Below, piece by piece: positions 51,554-60,913 of a stretch of DNA of 64,000 bases. The translations under genes and the position numbers were made by a program. Origin of the DNA: Candidatus Saccharimonadales bacterium (GTDB taxonomy: Bacteria; Patescibacteriota; Saccharimonadia; Saccharimonadales; JACQNP01); assembly GCA_041742395.1 (NCBI GenBank), contig JBGSIS010000005.1:18696-82695 (forward strand). Direction: 5' to 3'. How positions within the stretch are numbered: position 1 is the stretch's first letter; each line of letters starts with the position of its first letter. The notes under the pieces were generated by a model, which was not told the origin of the DNA, made no database searches, and was given only the letters and a program-made list of their open reading frames with translations.

Positions 51554-51557
51554 TAAG

Positions 51558-51586
51558 TTGCTATTTATAGTACATTTTGTTAAAAT
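51558..51586 (+). promoter_or_regulatory. Sigma70-like promoter for the str operon (-35 TTGCTA, 17 nt, -10 TAAAAT)
   Basis: TTGCTA at 51558-51563 and TAAAAT at 51581-51586. A leader of about 80 nt with a long-range GTAATCT/AGATTAC pairing and SD AAAGGAG precedes rpsL. Confidence 0.5.
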
Positions 51587-51666
51587 ACTCAAGTTAAATT
51601 TAAGTAATCTGAGCCAAGTAACCGGCATGAGCTTGATGCAGTAGATTACATCTTAAAGGAGAATTA

Positions 51667-52080
51667 ATGCCAACAATTAATCAATTGGTGCGAAAGCCAA
51701 GAACTAAGGTGACTACCAAAAGTAAGTCACCAGCTATGCAACGTGTAGTAAATAACTTAAAAACAAAACACTACGAAAAGCCCGCTCCTTTTAAAAGAGG
51801 AGTATGCGTAAAAGTAACAACCAAAACACCAAAGAAGCCAAACTCTGCTCTTCGAAAAGTTGCTCGTGTACGACTAAGTAATGGATATGAAGTATGGGCA
51901 TATATTGGTGGCGAAGGACATAATCTTCAGGAACACGCCGTTGTTCTTGTTCGTGGTGGTCGAGTTAAAGATTTACCTGGTGTAAGGTATCATATTGTAC
52001 GCGGCTCGCTTGACCTACAGGGTGTACAAAATCGTAAACAACGCCGATCGAAATACGGCGCTAAGAAGGAGGATAAATAA
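51667..52080 (+). CDS. rpsL: 30S ribosomal protein S12 with an N-terminal region insertion of about 13 aa
   Basis: [10 protein letters not shown]...[13 protein letters not shown]...[19 protein letters not shown] is present. Extra residues ([18 protein letters not shown]) sit between SPAMQ and RGVC. Confidence 0.95.
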   Translation: MPTINQLVRKPRTKVTTKSKSPAMQRVVNNLKTKHYEKPAPFKRGVCVKVTTKTPKKPNSALRKVARVRLSNGYEVWAYIGGEGHNLQEHAVVLVRGGRVKDLPGVRYHIVRGSLDLQGVQNRKQRRSKYGAKKEDK

Positions 52081-52556
52081 TGCCTCGCAAAAAGACTAAA
52101 TCACTTGTACGTGAAGTTCAACCCGACCGAATGTATAACAGTATTCAGGTATCAAAGGTTATTAACAGAGTAATGTTAAATGGCAAAAAGCAGATAGCTG
52201 AGAGACTTGTTTATAACGGAATGCAGAAAGCAGCTGATAAAGTAAAAGTTCAAAATCCTCTAGAAGTATTTGAACAGGCTCTTGGAAATATTAGACCAAA
52301 TGTAGAAACTCGCTCTAGAAGAGTTGGTGGCGCTAACTATCAAATTCCTTTTGAAGTACGTGGTCAGAGACAGCAACATCTAACTACTATGTGGTTTGTT
52401 CAGTGTGCACGTTCTCGAAAAGGTATGAGCATGGAAGACCGTATTGCATTAGAGCTAGTTGACGCTTTTAACAATACTGGTACAGCCGTGAAGAAGAAAG
52501 AAGACACACACAAGATGGCCGAAGCTAACCGAGCATTCGCTCATTTTGCTAGGTAA
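52080..52556 (+). CDS. rpsG: 30S ribosomal protein S7
   Basis: 158 aa reading PDRMYNS...NGKKQIAERLVY...ARSRKG. Its ATG overlaps the rpsL stop. Confidence 0.95.
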   Translation: MPRKKTKSLVREVQPDRMYNSIQVSKVINRVMLNGKKQIAERLVYNGMQKAADKVKVQNPLEVFEQALGNIRPNVETRSRRVGGANYQIPFEVRGQRQQHLTTMWFVQCARSRKGMSMEDRIALELVDAFNNTGTAVKKKEDTHKMAEANRAFAHFAR

Positions 52557-52560
52557 TAAA

Positions 52561-52884
52561 ATGACAGTCAATACATTGATTTCTGTTGATTGTGATCCCG
52601 AATGTAGTTATAAGAACGCGGTTGAGAAACTTGAAAATAGTAGAACTAAAGCAATAGAAGAAATTAATGACGATACTTATGAGCGGACTGGAAAACTGGC
52701 GCAAACTACCAGGGCAGGACAAGTAGCAATTGAAGGTGTAAGATTTGACTACACCGGTCTAGATACTTTGTCTGTAATAGGTTCGACATGCTCCAGAGCT
52801 TGTGCGATCGAAAGATTTTGGGACCAGCATGGCAATTTTGAATCAGAAGTAGACGCTGAAATTAATATATTAAAGGACAACTAA
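52561..52884 (+). CDS. Hypothetical Cys-rich small protein (107 aa) embedded between rpsG and fusA
   Basis: ATG 4 nt after the rpsG TAA; its stop abuts the fusA ATG. It carries CDPEC and CSRAC (two CxxxC pairs). No homolog recognised. Confidence 0.45.
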   Translation: MTVNTLISVDCDPECSYKNAVEKLENSRTKAIEEINDDTYERTGKLAQTTRAGQVAIEGVRFDYTGLDTLSVIGSTCSRACAIERFWDQHGNFESEVDAEINILKDN

Positions 52885-54972
52885 ATGGCAGACAAGAAAA
52901 CGGAAATGAAGAACATTAGAAACATTGGTATCATTGCGCATATCGATGCAGGTAAGACAACAACAACTGAAGGTATTCTTTACCGAACAGGACTAAAGCA
53001 CAAAATTGGTGCTGTACATGAAGGTGAGACTACTACCGATTGGATGGCTCAAGAGCGAGAACGTGGAATTACAATCGTATCGGCTGCTGTAACTTGTTAC
53101 TGGAAAGATCATCAAATTAACATTATTGACACACCTGGTCACATTGATTTCACCGTTGAAGTGGAACGAAGTCTTCGTGTACTTGACGGTGCTGTTGTTG
53201 TGTTTGACGGTAAAATGGGCGTAGAAAGTCAGTCAGAAACTGTTTGGCGTCAAGCTGACAAATATAATGTTCCACGTATCTGTTTCATTAATAAAATCAA
53301 TCAAACTGGTGGTGATTTTTATAAATCACTAGACTCAATCCACAATCGCTTAAATAAGCGTGCTTTCCCAATTCATCTACCTATTGGCTTTGAACAGGCA
53401 ATTAATGGAATAGTTGATTTAGTTTCAATGAAAGCCTTTACATACAATGAGTTTACCGATAAAGAACTAGTAGAATCTGAAATACCTGCAGATATGCTAG
53501 ATCAAGTTAAGAAATCTCGAAGTCTACTGATTGAAAACGCTGTAGCTGAAGATGAAGAAATGCTAGAAAAGTATTTTGAAGTTGGCGAAGATGGTCTAAG
53601 CGAAGAAGAGATAATTAAGGCAGTCAGATCTGCAGTACTTTCTGGTAATTTCTTCGCTGTAACTGGCGGTGACGGACGTGGCGTGATTGTAGAAAAAGTA
53701 TTGGATCTTGTTAATGACTTATTGCCAAGTCCTCTAGATCGTGGATCCACTTGGGGAACTCATCCAAAAACTGGTGATGAAGTAGAAAGAAAACCAGCAG
53801 AAACTGAGCCATTTTCTGGATTAGCATTTAAAATTGCGACTGATCCGTTCGTAGGTAAACTTGCTTACTTTAGGGTTTATTCTGGTAAGCTACAATCCGG
53901 ATCGTATATACTTAATAGCTCGACAGGCGAAAAAGAACGAGTTGGACGTATTGTTAGGATGCAGGCTGATAAGCGTGAAGAAGTACCTGAAGTCGGAGCA
54001 GGAGATATCGCTGCTATAGTTGGGCTAAAGAGTACTACTACAGGAAACACTCTTTGTGATCAAACGAATCCGATTGTACTAGAAAGTATCACTTTCCCTG
54101 AACCTCCTGTCTCAATTGCAATTGAACCAAAGACCAAGAGTGACCAAGAAAAAATGTCAATAGCACTGCAACGATTAGCAGAAGAAGATCCAACATTCAG
54201 AATTAATGTTGATGACGAAACTGGTCAGACAATTATTCGTGGTATGGGTGAGATTCATCTAGAAATCCTTATTGATAGAATGAAACGAGAATTTAAGGTA
54301 GAGGCCAATATTGGTGCACCTCAAGTTGCCTACCGTGAAACAATTAGAAAAGATGACGTCGAAGCTGAGGGTAAATTTATTCGTCAATCGGGCGGTCGTG
54401 GACAATACGGACATGTCTGGGTAAGAATTTCTCAGAACGAACAAGGTAAAGGCTACGAGTTTATTAACCGTATTAAGGGAGGTGTAGTTCCTAGTGAATA
54501 CATTAAGCCAGTAGATGAAGGAATAAAAGAAGCTATGAACAATGGTGTCGTGGCTGGTTACCCTGTGGTTGATATAAAAGTTGAACTTTATGATGGAAGT
54601 TACCATGATGTTGACTCAAGTGAAATGGCATTCAAGGCTGCAGGATCAATTGGATTTAAGGAAGCTATGCGTAAAGCTAAGCCAGTACTCCTAGAACCAG
54701 TAATGAAAGTAGTCGTAGTAACTCCAGAAGATTTCATGGGTGATGTAATCGGTGATCTAAACTCTAAACGAGGTCGTATCGAAAATATGGAAGATCTTCA
54801 AGCTAGCGTTAAAGAAATAACAGGATTCGTACCACTAGGTGAAATGTTTGGCTATACAACTAACCTTCGTTCTATGACTCAAGGTCGAGCTAGCTCTAGC
54901 ATGGAACTTGACCATTACGCCGATGTACCACCAAATGTCGCTGAAGCAATAGTAGCTAAAAATTCTAAATAA
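52885..54972 (+). CDS. fusA: Elongation factor G
   Basis: G-domain motifs AHIDAGKTT and DTPGH and domains II-V are present. Size is 695 aa. Confidence 0.95.
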   Translation: MADKKTEMKNIRNIGIIAHIDAGKTTTTEGILYRTGLKHKIGAVHEGETTTDWMAQERERGITIVSAAVTCYWKDHQINIIDTPGHIDFTVEVERSLRVLDGAVVVFDGKMGVESQSETVWRQADKYNVPRICFINKINQTGGDFYKSLDSIHNRLNKRAFPIHLPIGFEQAINGIVDLVSMKAFTYNEFTDKELVESEIPADMLDQVKKSRSLLIENAVAEDEEMLEKYFEVGEDGLSEEEIIKAVRSAVLSGNFFAVTGGDGRGVIVEKVLDLVNDLLPSPLDRGSTWGTHPKTGDEVERKPAETEPFSGLAFKIATDPFVGKLAYFRVYSGKLQSGSYILNSSTGEKERVGRIVRMQADKREEVPEVGAGDIAAIVGLKSTTTGNTLCDQTNPIVLESITFPEPPVSIAIEPKTKSDQEKMSIALQRLAEEDPTFRINVDDETGQTIIRGMGEIHLEILIDRMKREFKVEANIGAPQVAYRETIRKDDVEAEGKFIRQSGGRGQYGHVWVRISQNEQGKGYEFINRIKGGVVPSEYIKPVDEGIKEAMNNGVVAGYPVVDIKVELYDGSYHDVDSSEMAFKAAGSIGFKEAMRKAKPVLLEPVMKVVVVTPEDFMGDVIGDLNSKRGRIENMEDLQASVKEITGFVPLGEMFGYTTNLRSMTQGRASSSMELDHYADVPPNVAEAIVAKNSK

Positions 54973-54983
54973 GGAAACACGTT

Positions 54984-55193
54984 ATGGAACATAGAAGAAT
55001 TAGGATAGCACCCCTACCAGACACTCGCGAATTCAACTTAGAACCTATAAGGTCGGTTGGCAGTAAGATTGGTTCTTTAGTCTTAAGACCAATTATGGAA
55101 ATTAGAGATATTGCCCATGAATTGAGTATTGGTTTAGGTAATCCAGTCATGAAGCCAGAGGACGTAAAACCCAAATCAGAAGATACTAGATAA
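54984..55193 (+). CDS. Possible small ORF (69 aa) in the fusA-tuf spacer; the coding status is uncertain
   Basis: GGAAA lies 7 nt before the ATG. An antisense ORF of equal length overlaps it (54965..55174). No similarity recognised. Confidence 0.25.
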   Translation: MEHRRIRIAPLPDTREFNLEPIRSVGSKIGSLVLRPIMEIRDIAHELSIGLGNPVMKPEDVKPKSEDTR

Positions 55194-55202
55194 TAAATCT
55201 CT

Positions 55203-55231
55203 TTACAAACAGGGGATATTTAGATAATATT
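55203..55231 (+). promoter_or_regulatory. Sigma70-like promoter for tuf (-35 TTTACA, 17 nt, -10 TAATAT)
   Basis: TTTACA at 55203-55208 and TAATAT at 55226-55231. A leader of about 80 nt with SD AGGAG precedes the tuf ATG. Confidence 0.5.
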
Positions 55232-55310
55232 TACAAGTAACTCGTGTGAGTGTTTATTTATGCTTGCACTGTTTAATACAATTAAGAAATAATTAGGAGT
55301 ACTAACAACA

Positions 55311-56492
55311 ATGGCAGATTTTGATCGAAGTAAGCCTCATGTAAACGTAGGTACTATGGGACACGTTGACCATGGTAAAACAACACTAACAGCCGCTATT
55401 ACAGCAGTTCTTGCAAAAAAACTGCCAAGCGATGTAAACAAATCAATTGCGTATGACCAAATTGATAACGCACCTGAAGAAAAAGCCCGTGGTATAACCA
55501 TTGCAACTTCTCATCAAGAGTATGAATCAGAAAAACGGCACTATGCACACGTAGATATGCCAGGTCACGCCGACTATGTAAAAAACATGATTACCGGTGC
55601 TGCACAAATCGATGGTGCTATCTTGGTTGTTTCTGCTGCTGATGGCCCAATGCCACAAACACGTGAACACGTATTGCTTGCAAAACAAGTGGGAGTACCA
55701 AGCATCTTAGTTTTTATGAACAAGATGGATCTTGCAGACCCAGAGCTAGTAGAACTTGTAGAGATGGACATTCGTGAATTACTTGCTAAATATGAATTTG
55801 ACGAAGATTGTCCAATCATCAAAGGATCAGCAACAAAGGCTCTTGAAGGCAGCGCTGCTGACGAAGATGCCATCATGAAACTCGTTAAGGCATTGGATGA
55901 TTACGTTCCAGAACCGAAGCGCGACACTGACAAGCCGTTCTTAATGGCAGTCGAGGACGTATTCTCAATTAAGGGCCGTGGAACAGTTGCAACTGGTCGT
56001 ATTGAACAAGGTATTGTCAAGCTTAACGACGAAGTTGAAATTGTTGGTGTTAGAGACACTCAGAAGTCAGTTATTACTGGTATTGAGATGTTCAAGAAGA
56101 ATCTAGATCAAGGTCAAGCAGGTGATAATGCTGGAATCTTGTTACGAGGTATTGAACGTGAGCAAATTGAAAGAGGTCAAGTTCTTTGTAAGCCTGGATC
56201 AATCACTCCACATACAGAGTTTGATGCTGAAGTTTATGTTTTGACTAAAGAAGAAGGTGGACGACATACTCCATTCTTCAAGGGTTATAAGCCACAATTT
56301 TACTTCCGAACAACTGATGTTACTGGTGAAGTGGAATTACCAGCTGATAAAGAAATGGTAATGCCGGGTGATACTATAACTTTTAAAGTTAAGTTACTAG
56401 CCCCAATTGCTATGGAACAAGGTCTACGCTTTGCTATTCGTGAAGGTGGACGAACTGTTGGTGCAGGTGTTGTTACTAAGATTACTAAATAG
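55311..56492 (+). CDS. tuf: Elongation factor Tu
   Basis: [21 protein letters not shown] and NKMD are present. Size is 393 aa. Confidence 0.97.
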   Translation: MADFDRSKPHVNVGTMGHVDHGKTTLTAAITAVLAKKLPSDVNKSIAYDQIDNAPEEKARGITIATSHQEYESEKRHYAHVDMPGHADYVKNMITGAAQIDGAILVVSAADGPMPQTREHVLLAKQVGVPSILVFMNKMDLADPELVELVEMDIRELLAKYEFDEDCPIIKGSATKALEGSAADEDAIMKLVKALDDYVPEPKRDTDKPFLMAVEDVFSIKGRGTVATGRIEQGIVKLNDEVEIVGVRDTQKSVITGIEMFKKNLDQGQAGDNAGILLRGIEREQIERGQVLCKPGSITPHTEFDAEVYVLTKEEGGRHTPFFKGYKPQFYFRTTDVTGEVELPADKEMVMPGDTITFKVKLLAPIAMEQGLRFAIREGGRTVGAGVVTKITK

Positions 56493-56510
56493 TTAAACTA
56501 GTAATTCTGA

Positions 56511-56540
56511 AAAAGAGTCGGGAGAAATCTCGACTCTTTT
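56511..56540 (+). terminator. Rho-independent (bidirectional-type) terminator after tuf
   Basis: Perfect 10-bp arms AAAAGAGTCG/CGACTCTTTT with a 10-nt loop. Confidence 0.7.
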
Positions 56541-56550
56541 CATATCTTTG

Positions 56551-56578
56551 TTTACATGGTAAACTATGTTAGTAAAAT
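56551..56578 (+). promoter_or_regulatory. Sigma70-like promoter for the S10 operon (-35 TTTACA, 16 nt, -10 TAAAAT)
   Basis: TTTACA at 56551-56556 and TAAAAT at 56573-56578. A leader of about 85 nt containing a GTGATG...CATCAC long-range pairing and SD AAAGGAG precedes rpsJ. Confidence 0.5.
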
Positions 56579-56662
56579 AATTGTGATGACTAAAAGTCTT
56601 TGATGATGTTCTATATAACGCAGCAATGATGTTACATCACTAGAATAAAGGAGAATTATTCT

Positions 56663-57013
56663 ATGGCAGAAGCCAAAAAAACTGAATCAACAAAACCAAC
56701 TGCCTCAACTAAGCAGAGAATAAGAATACGTTTAAAGGCATATGATCATAAGGTTATCGATCAGTCTGCAAAGCAAATTGTAGATACTGCTCTTAGAACA
56801 GGTGCAACTATTGCTGGACCAATACCTCTACCTACAAAAAAGACTTTGTATACTGTAGTTAAAAGCCCTCATGTTTACAAAAAAGGACGTGAACAGTTCG
56901 AAATGCGCGTTCATAAACGTTTAATTGACGTGCTTGATCCAACTCCAAAGACTATTGATTCTCTTATGAACCTTAGTTTACCTGCTGGCTGCGATGCTGA
57001 AATTAAGATGTAA
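56663..57013 (+). CDS. rpsJ: 30S ribosomal protein S10 with an N-terminal extension of about 18 aa
   Basis: [43 protein letters not shown] is present. Confidence 0.95.
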   Translation: MAEAKKTESTKPTASTKQRIRIRLKAYDHKVIDQSAKQIVDTALRTGATIAGPIPLPTKKTLYTVVKSPHVYKKGREQFEMRVHKRLIDVLDPTPKTIDSLMNLSLPAGCDAEIKM

Positions 57014-57021
57014 TTAATAAT

Positions 57022-57729
57022 ATGTCTACAGAAGGTTTTAATAGTTCAGAACCAGATAGACCAATTTTGACCGACGATGTCTTGCATGAGATTGATTGTA
57101 GGGCGATTTTCGCTACACAGAATTTGGCTGAAACACTAATTATATATGGTGGCATAGAGCCACTAGTAGAAAGATATACCCCATTCAAGTTACCAGAGAG
57201 AATACATCGAGATATATACAGTATATTACGATTGCCTGATGATGATCGCTCAAATATTAACTATGATGACGATAAGAGAGTATTAAGAGATGGTCTAATT
57301 GCCGGATTTATTTTGGGCAGGAGACTGATCAAGAGGACTCAATACCCCGGCATGACAACATATCAACACGGTGTACTTCAAGACTTAAGACGAGCGACTT
57401 CACGTCCTGGCATTGATGTAGACGATTATATTTATCCCGGGAATAGATTTGCGGATAAAATTCTTTCAAAGCTGGAAAACTCGGAAATCCACGACCTATC
57501 ATATCCATGTGGAAACGATGTATTTAGAAAAGAAACATTCATGAGGGCTTCAAGTTATTTAGGTGGATCAGCAATGAGCTATTTAGTAGCAAAGTTAACC
57601 AGAAATATTGATTTTGAAACAGAAGCATATTTTTCTGCTAATGCGAACAAGCTCGCAAGAGATATTAAAGAAGAGAGTGCTGGCCGAAAAAAGCTAACGC
57701 CACTTACACACCTTATTCGTGGAAAATAA
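57022..57729 (+). CDS. Hypothetical protein (235 aa) inserted between rpsJ and rplC
   Basis: Clean ORF starting 8 nt after the rpsJ stop, with no SD and no recognisable motif. Confidence 0.5.
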   Translation: MSTEGFNSSEPDRPILTDDVLHEIDCRAIFATQNLAETLIIYGGIEPLVERYTPFKLPERIHRDIYSILRLPDDDRSNINYDDDKRVLRDGLIAGFILGRRLIKRTQYPGMTTYQHGVLQDLRRATSRPGIDVDDYIYPGNRFADKILSKLENSEIHDLSYPCGNDVFRKETFMRASSYLGGSAMSYLVAKLTRNIDFETEAYFSANANKLARDIKEESAGRKKLTPLTHLIRGK

Positions 57730-57738
57730 TGTTATAAT
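57730..57738 (+). promoter_or_regulatory. Extended -10 (TGtTATAAT) 8 nt upstream of the ATG at 57747; a candidate leaderless promoter
   Basis: TGTTATAAT at 57730-57738, a perfect TGnTATAAT. Confidence 0.4.
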
Positions 57739-57746
57739 TTATGCTA

Positions 57747-58025
57747 ATGGCTAAAAAACAAAAAATAAGTAAAAAAACAGAGTCTGACGGCGCCTACTTT
57801 TTAAAAATAGTACTATATTTAATTCTTGGTTCTCAATGGTTAAGACTAGTAGACCCAGAATTAACAACCCAGATACCAATACCGTTTGGCTTTATGCTTG
57901 GAATACTATTCGCCTCTCATGATCATTTCAAGATTGATCGTAAAATTGAGTATGCTGTACTTACTATTGGAGCATTCGTAGGTTTTTGGCTACAAACAGG
58001 TTTCTATATTCAATTATTAAAGTAG
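57747..58025 (+). CDS. Hypothetical small membrane protein (about 92 aa; the alternative ATG is at 57741)
   Basis: A Lys-rich N-terminus followed by two or three predicted TM helices. Confidence 0.4.
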   Translation: MAKKQKISKKTESDGAYFLKIVLYLILGSQWLRLVDPELTTQIPIPFGFMLGILFASHDHFKIDRKIEYAVLTIGAFVGFWLQTGFYIQLLK

Positions 58026-58183
58026 AATAAACAACATATTGACAGAAGTTAAATATTTGTGCTAATCTGTTATGGTATATCAAAATTTGAGTACAGATAA
58101 CTTGGTGAATTTGCAGGTTTACAAGATAGAAACCGCTTAGTTACCAAGAATTTTAATGTCTGTCTCTAAAACTAAGGAGAACT

Positions 58184-58795
58184 ATGAAAGCGCTAATCAC
58201 GAGAAAGGTAGGCATGACAAGTATCATCAGTGAAGATGGTGCCACTCAAGCTATTACTTTGCTTTCCGCTAGTCCGTGTACAATTACACGTATTAAGTCT
58301 CACGAATCAGACGGCTACAATGCCGTACAACTCGGATTCGAGACTAAAAAGCTTGGGAAAGCACAAACTGGCCAATTTAAACCAGCAAACGTACAACCAA
58401 AAATAGTAAAAGAGTTTAGATTAGACGAGATAGATGAAACACTAAAGGTCGGCGAATTGATTTCAGCCGATGTTTTTAATATTGGCGACATTGTTGATGT
58501 TACCGGAACTAGCAAAGGTAAAGGTTGGGCGGGAACTATCAAAAGACATAATTTCCATAGACAGCGTGCTACGCACGGTGGTAAAGGAAATACTAGAAAA
58601 GTAGGATCTATTGGTTCAATGTATCCTCAGAAGATTTTTAAAGGTAAGAAGATGGCTGGACAAATGGGTGACGAGCGCGTAACAGTAAAGAACCTTAAGG
58701 TTGCACTTATTGATACGGAGCTTGGTGTTATTGGTATTTCGGGAGCTGTTCCTGGTCCTAGAAAAGGTATTGTACTTATAAGGGAGAAGAAATAA
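58184..58795 (+). CDS. rplC: 50S ribosomal protein L3
   Basis: MKALITRKVGMTSI is present. RBS AAGGAGA. Confidence 0.95.
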   Translation: MKALITRKVGMTSIISEDGATQAITLLSASPCTITRIKSHESDGYNAVQLGFETKKLGKAQTGQFKPANVQPKIVKEFRLDEIDETLKVGELISADVFNIGDIVDVTGTSKGKGWAGTIKRHNFHRQRATHGGKGNTRKVGSIGSMYPQKIFKGKKMAGQMGDERVTVKNLKVALIDTELGVIGISGAVPGPRKGIVLIREKK

Positions 58796-59460
58796 TGGCA
58801 GCTTCAACATTCACAAAATCTGGTACAAAAGCCACCACACCTGTTAAATTGGAAAAGACTATATTTGATATAGAGGTAACAAATCACAGCCTGCTTAAGT
58901 CGGCTTACGTTGCTTATTTAGCAAACGGTCGTAAAAGTAGCGCTGTAGTTAAAACTCGTGGCCTAGTTAGAGGCGGAGGCCGAAAGCCTTGGAAGCAAAA
59001 AGGAACAGGTCGGGCGAGATTTGGCTCAACAAGAAACCCAATTTGGCGTGGAGGTGGAATTGTTTTTGGACCCACAGGTAATGAAAACTACAAGCATAAT
59101 ATCAGCACTGCTGATAAAAGACTTGCTGTTCGTCAAGCTCTTAGTGTTGCCAATAAAGTAAATAAAATTTCTGTAATTGAATCAATTGAAGTTAAAGACG
59201 GCAAGACAAAGAATGCTCTCAGCTTATTTAATAAACTTGGCGCTGATGGTTCAGTATTAGTTGTTGTTTCAAAGATGGATGATTCTTTGACTAGAGCTAC
59301 GGGAAATATTTCTAACGTTAATCTTATTAATGCTAAGTATCTAAATGTTTACCATATTCTAAATTCAGACAATATTGTTATAACTAAAGACGCTGTTTCT
59401 GAAATTCATGATTGGCTTAAGACTGATGTGAAATCTACTCCAAAGAAAGGTGACGCATAA
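58795..59460 (+). CDS. rplD: 50S ribosomal protein L4
   Basis: RGGGRKPWKQKGTGRARFGSTRNPIWRGGG is present. Confidence 0.95.
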   Translation: MAASTFTKSGTKATTPVKLEKTIFDIEVTNHSLLKSAYVAYLANGRKSSAVVKTRGLVRGGGRKPWKQKGTGRARFGSTRNPIWRGGGIVFGPTGNENYKHNISTADKRLAVRQALSVANKVNKISVIESIEVKDGKTKNALSLFNKLGADGSVLVVVSKMDDSLTRATGNISNVNLINAKYLNVYHILNSDNIVITKDAVSEIHDWLKTDVKSTPKKGDA

Positions 59461-59798
59461 TGAGCAAGTTAATGGCACTTAAACCTAGAATTAGCGAAAA
59501 AGCATACGGAGTATCAGAGAAATTAAATACATATGTTTTTCAAGTTCCTAATGATTCAAATAAGCTAACTGTTAGCGACGCTGTTTCCATGCAGTTTGGT
59601 GTAACGGTCAAATCGGTAAATATTGTTAATGTAAAAGGGAAAGTTAAGCGTACTTTTCGAAAAGGCGGAAAAGCTAATATCGGTAAAAGATCAGATATTA
59701 AAAAAGCTTACGTTACTTTGAAAGAAGGTGATTCTATTTCTATTTTTGCATCTGAAGATGATGATAAGAAGTCTAAAAAATCAGGAGGTAAGAAATAA
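59460..59798 (+). CDS. rplW: 50S ribosomal protein L23
   Basis: 112 aa reading PRISEKAY...YVFQV with a Lys/Asp-rich tail. Confidence 0.9.
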   Translation: MSKLMALKPRISEKAYGVSEKLNTYVFQVPNDSNKLTVSDAVSMQFGVTVKSVNIVNVKGKVKRTFRKGGKANIGKRSDIKKAYVTLKEGDSISIFASEDDDKKSKKSGGKK

Positions 59799-60634
59799 TG
59801 GCAATTAAACAATACAAGCCAACTACTCCTGGTCGTCGTGGTATGACTACTCAGGATATGAGTGATATTACAACTAAAAAACCACTTAAATCTCTTGTTG
59901 TAATAAAAAAGAAAAATAGCGGTAGAAACAATCAAGGAAGGATTACTACTCGACATCGAGGTGGTGGAGTTAGAAAATTTTATCGAATTGTTAACTTTAA
60001 ACTTGAACCAGGTACTACTGCAACTATTGAAGCAATTGAATATGATCCTAACAGATCTGCAAGAATTGCTAGAATTAAAGATACTAATAGTAAATATCAT
60101 TATATAATTGCCGCTAATAAGATGACAGTTGGTCAGGTTATTTCTGCCGGTGACGACGTAGCTATTGAAATCGGAAACCGACTGCCGCTTAAGAATATAC
60201 CAGTAGGTAGTGTTATTCATGCACTTGAACTTCAAGTTGGCAAAGGTGCCCAGATTGTAAGGTCTGCAGGTACTAGCGCTCAGTTAATGGCAAAAGATGG
60301 AGAATATGCACAGATCAAAATGCCTAGTGGTGAAGTAAGAATGATTAATGTAAACTGCACAGCTAGTCTAGGTGTAGTTGGAAATGAGCAGCACCAGAAT
60401 ATAAAGATTGGTAAAGCTGGTAGAAATCGTAGAAAAGGTATTAGACCATCAGTTCGTGGTGTTGTTATGAATGCTGCTGATCATCCACATGGTGGTGGTG
60501 ATGGTGGTCGTCATGGTATCGGTAAAGATCCAAGAACACCTTGGGGTCAAAAGACTCTAGGTTTTAAGACTAGACGCCGAAAGAGTAGTAATAAAATGAT
60601 TGTTAGATCTAGAAGTGAAGGAAAGAGGAGATAA
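59798..60634 (+). CDS. rplB: 50S ribosomal protein L2
   Basis: YKPTTPGRRGMT...DHPHGGGDGGRHGIG is present. Confidence 0.95.
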   Translation: MAIKQYKPTTPGRRGMTTQDMSDITTKKPLKSLVVIKKKNSGRNNQGRITTRHRGGGVRKFYRIVNFKLEPGTTATIEAIEYDPNRSARIARIKDTNSKYHYIIAANKMTVGQVISAGDDVAIEIGNRLPLKNIPVGSVIHALELQVGKGAQIVRSAGTSAQLMAKDGEYAQIKMPSGEVRMINVNCTASLGVVGNEQHQNIKIGKAGRNRRKGIRPSVRGVVMNAADHPHGGGDGGRHGIGKDPRTPWGQKTLGFKTRRRKSSNKMIVRSRSEGKRR

Positions 60635-60637
60635 TAT

Positions 60638-60913
60638 ATGAGACGTTCACTGAAAAAAGGTCCATTTATTGATCCCAAACTAGCTAAGAAAGTTGCTGCT
60701 TTGGAATCTAACGACCGTACAATTATCAAAACATGGGCTAGAAGTTGCACAATTCCTCCGGAATTTGTCGGGAAGACAATTGCTGTTCATAACGGCAAAG
60801 TACACGTTCCCGTTTTTGTGACTGAAAATATGGTCGGACATAAGCTTGGAGAATTTTCTCCAACAAGAAAATTCCGATCACATGGCGGTAAGTTAGCAAA
60901 GGGAGGTAGATAA
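60638..60913 (+). CDS. rpsS: 30S ribosomal protein S19
   Basis: [11 protein letters not shown]...[14 protein letters not shown] is present. Confidence 0.95.
   Translation: MRRSLKKGPFIDPKLAKKVAALESNDRTIIKTWARSCTIPPEFVGKTIAVHNGKVHVPVFVTENMVGHKLGEFSPTRKFRSHGGKLAKGGR

Noticed and set aside
54965-55174. Antisense 69-aa ORF in the fusA-tuf spacer
   Set aside because: It mirrors the + strand ORF and has no RBS. At most one of the two is real, and neither is supported.
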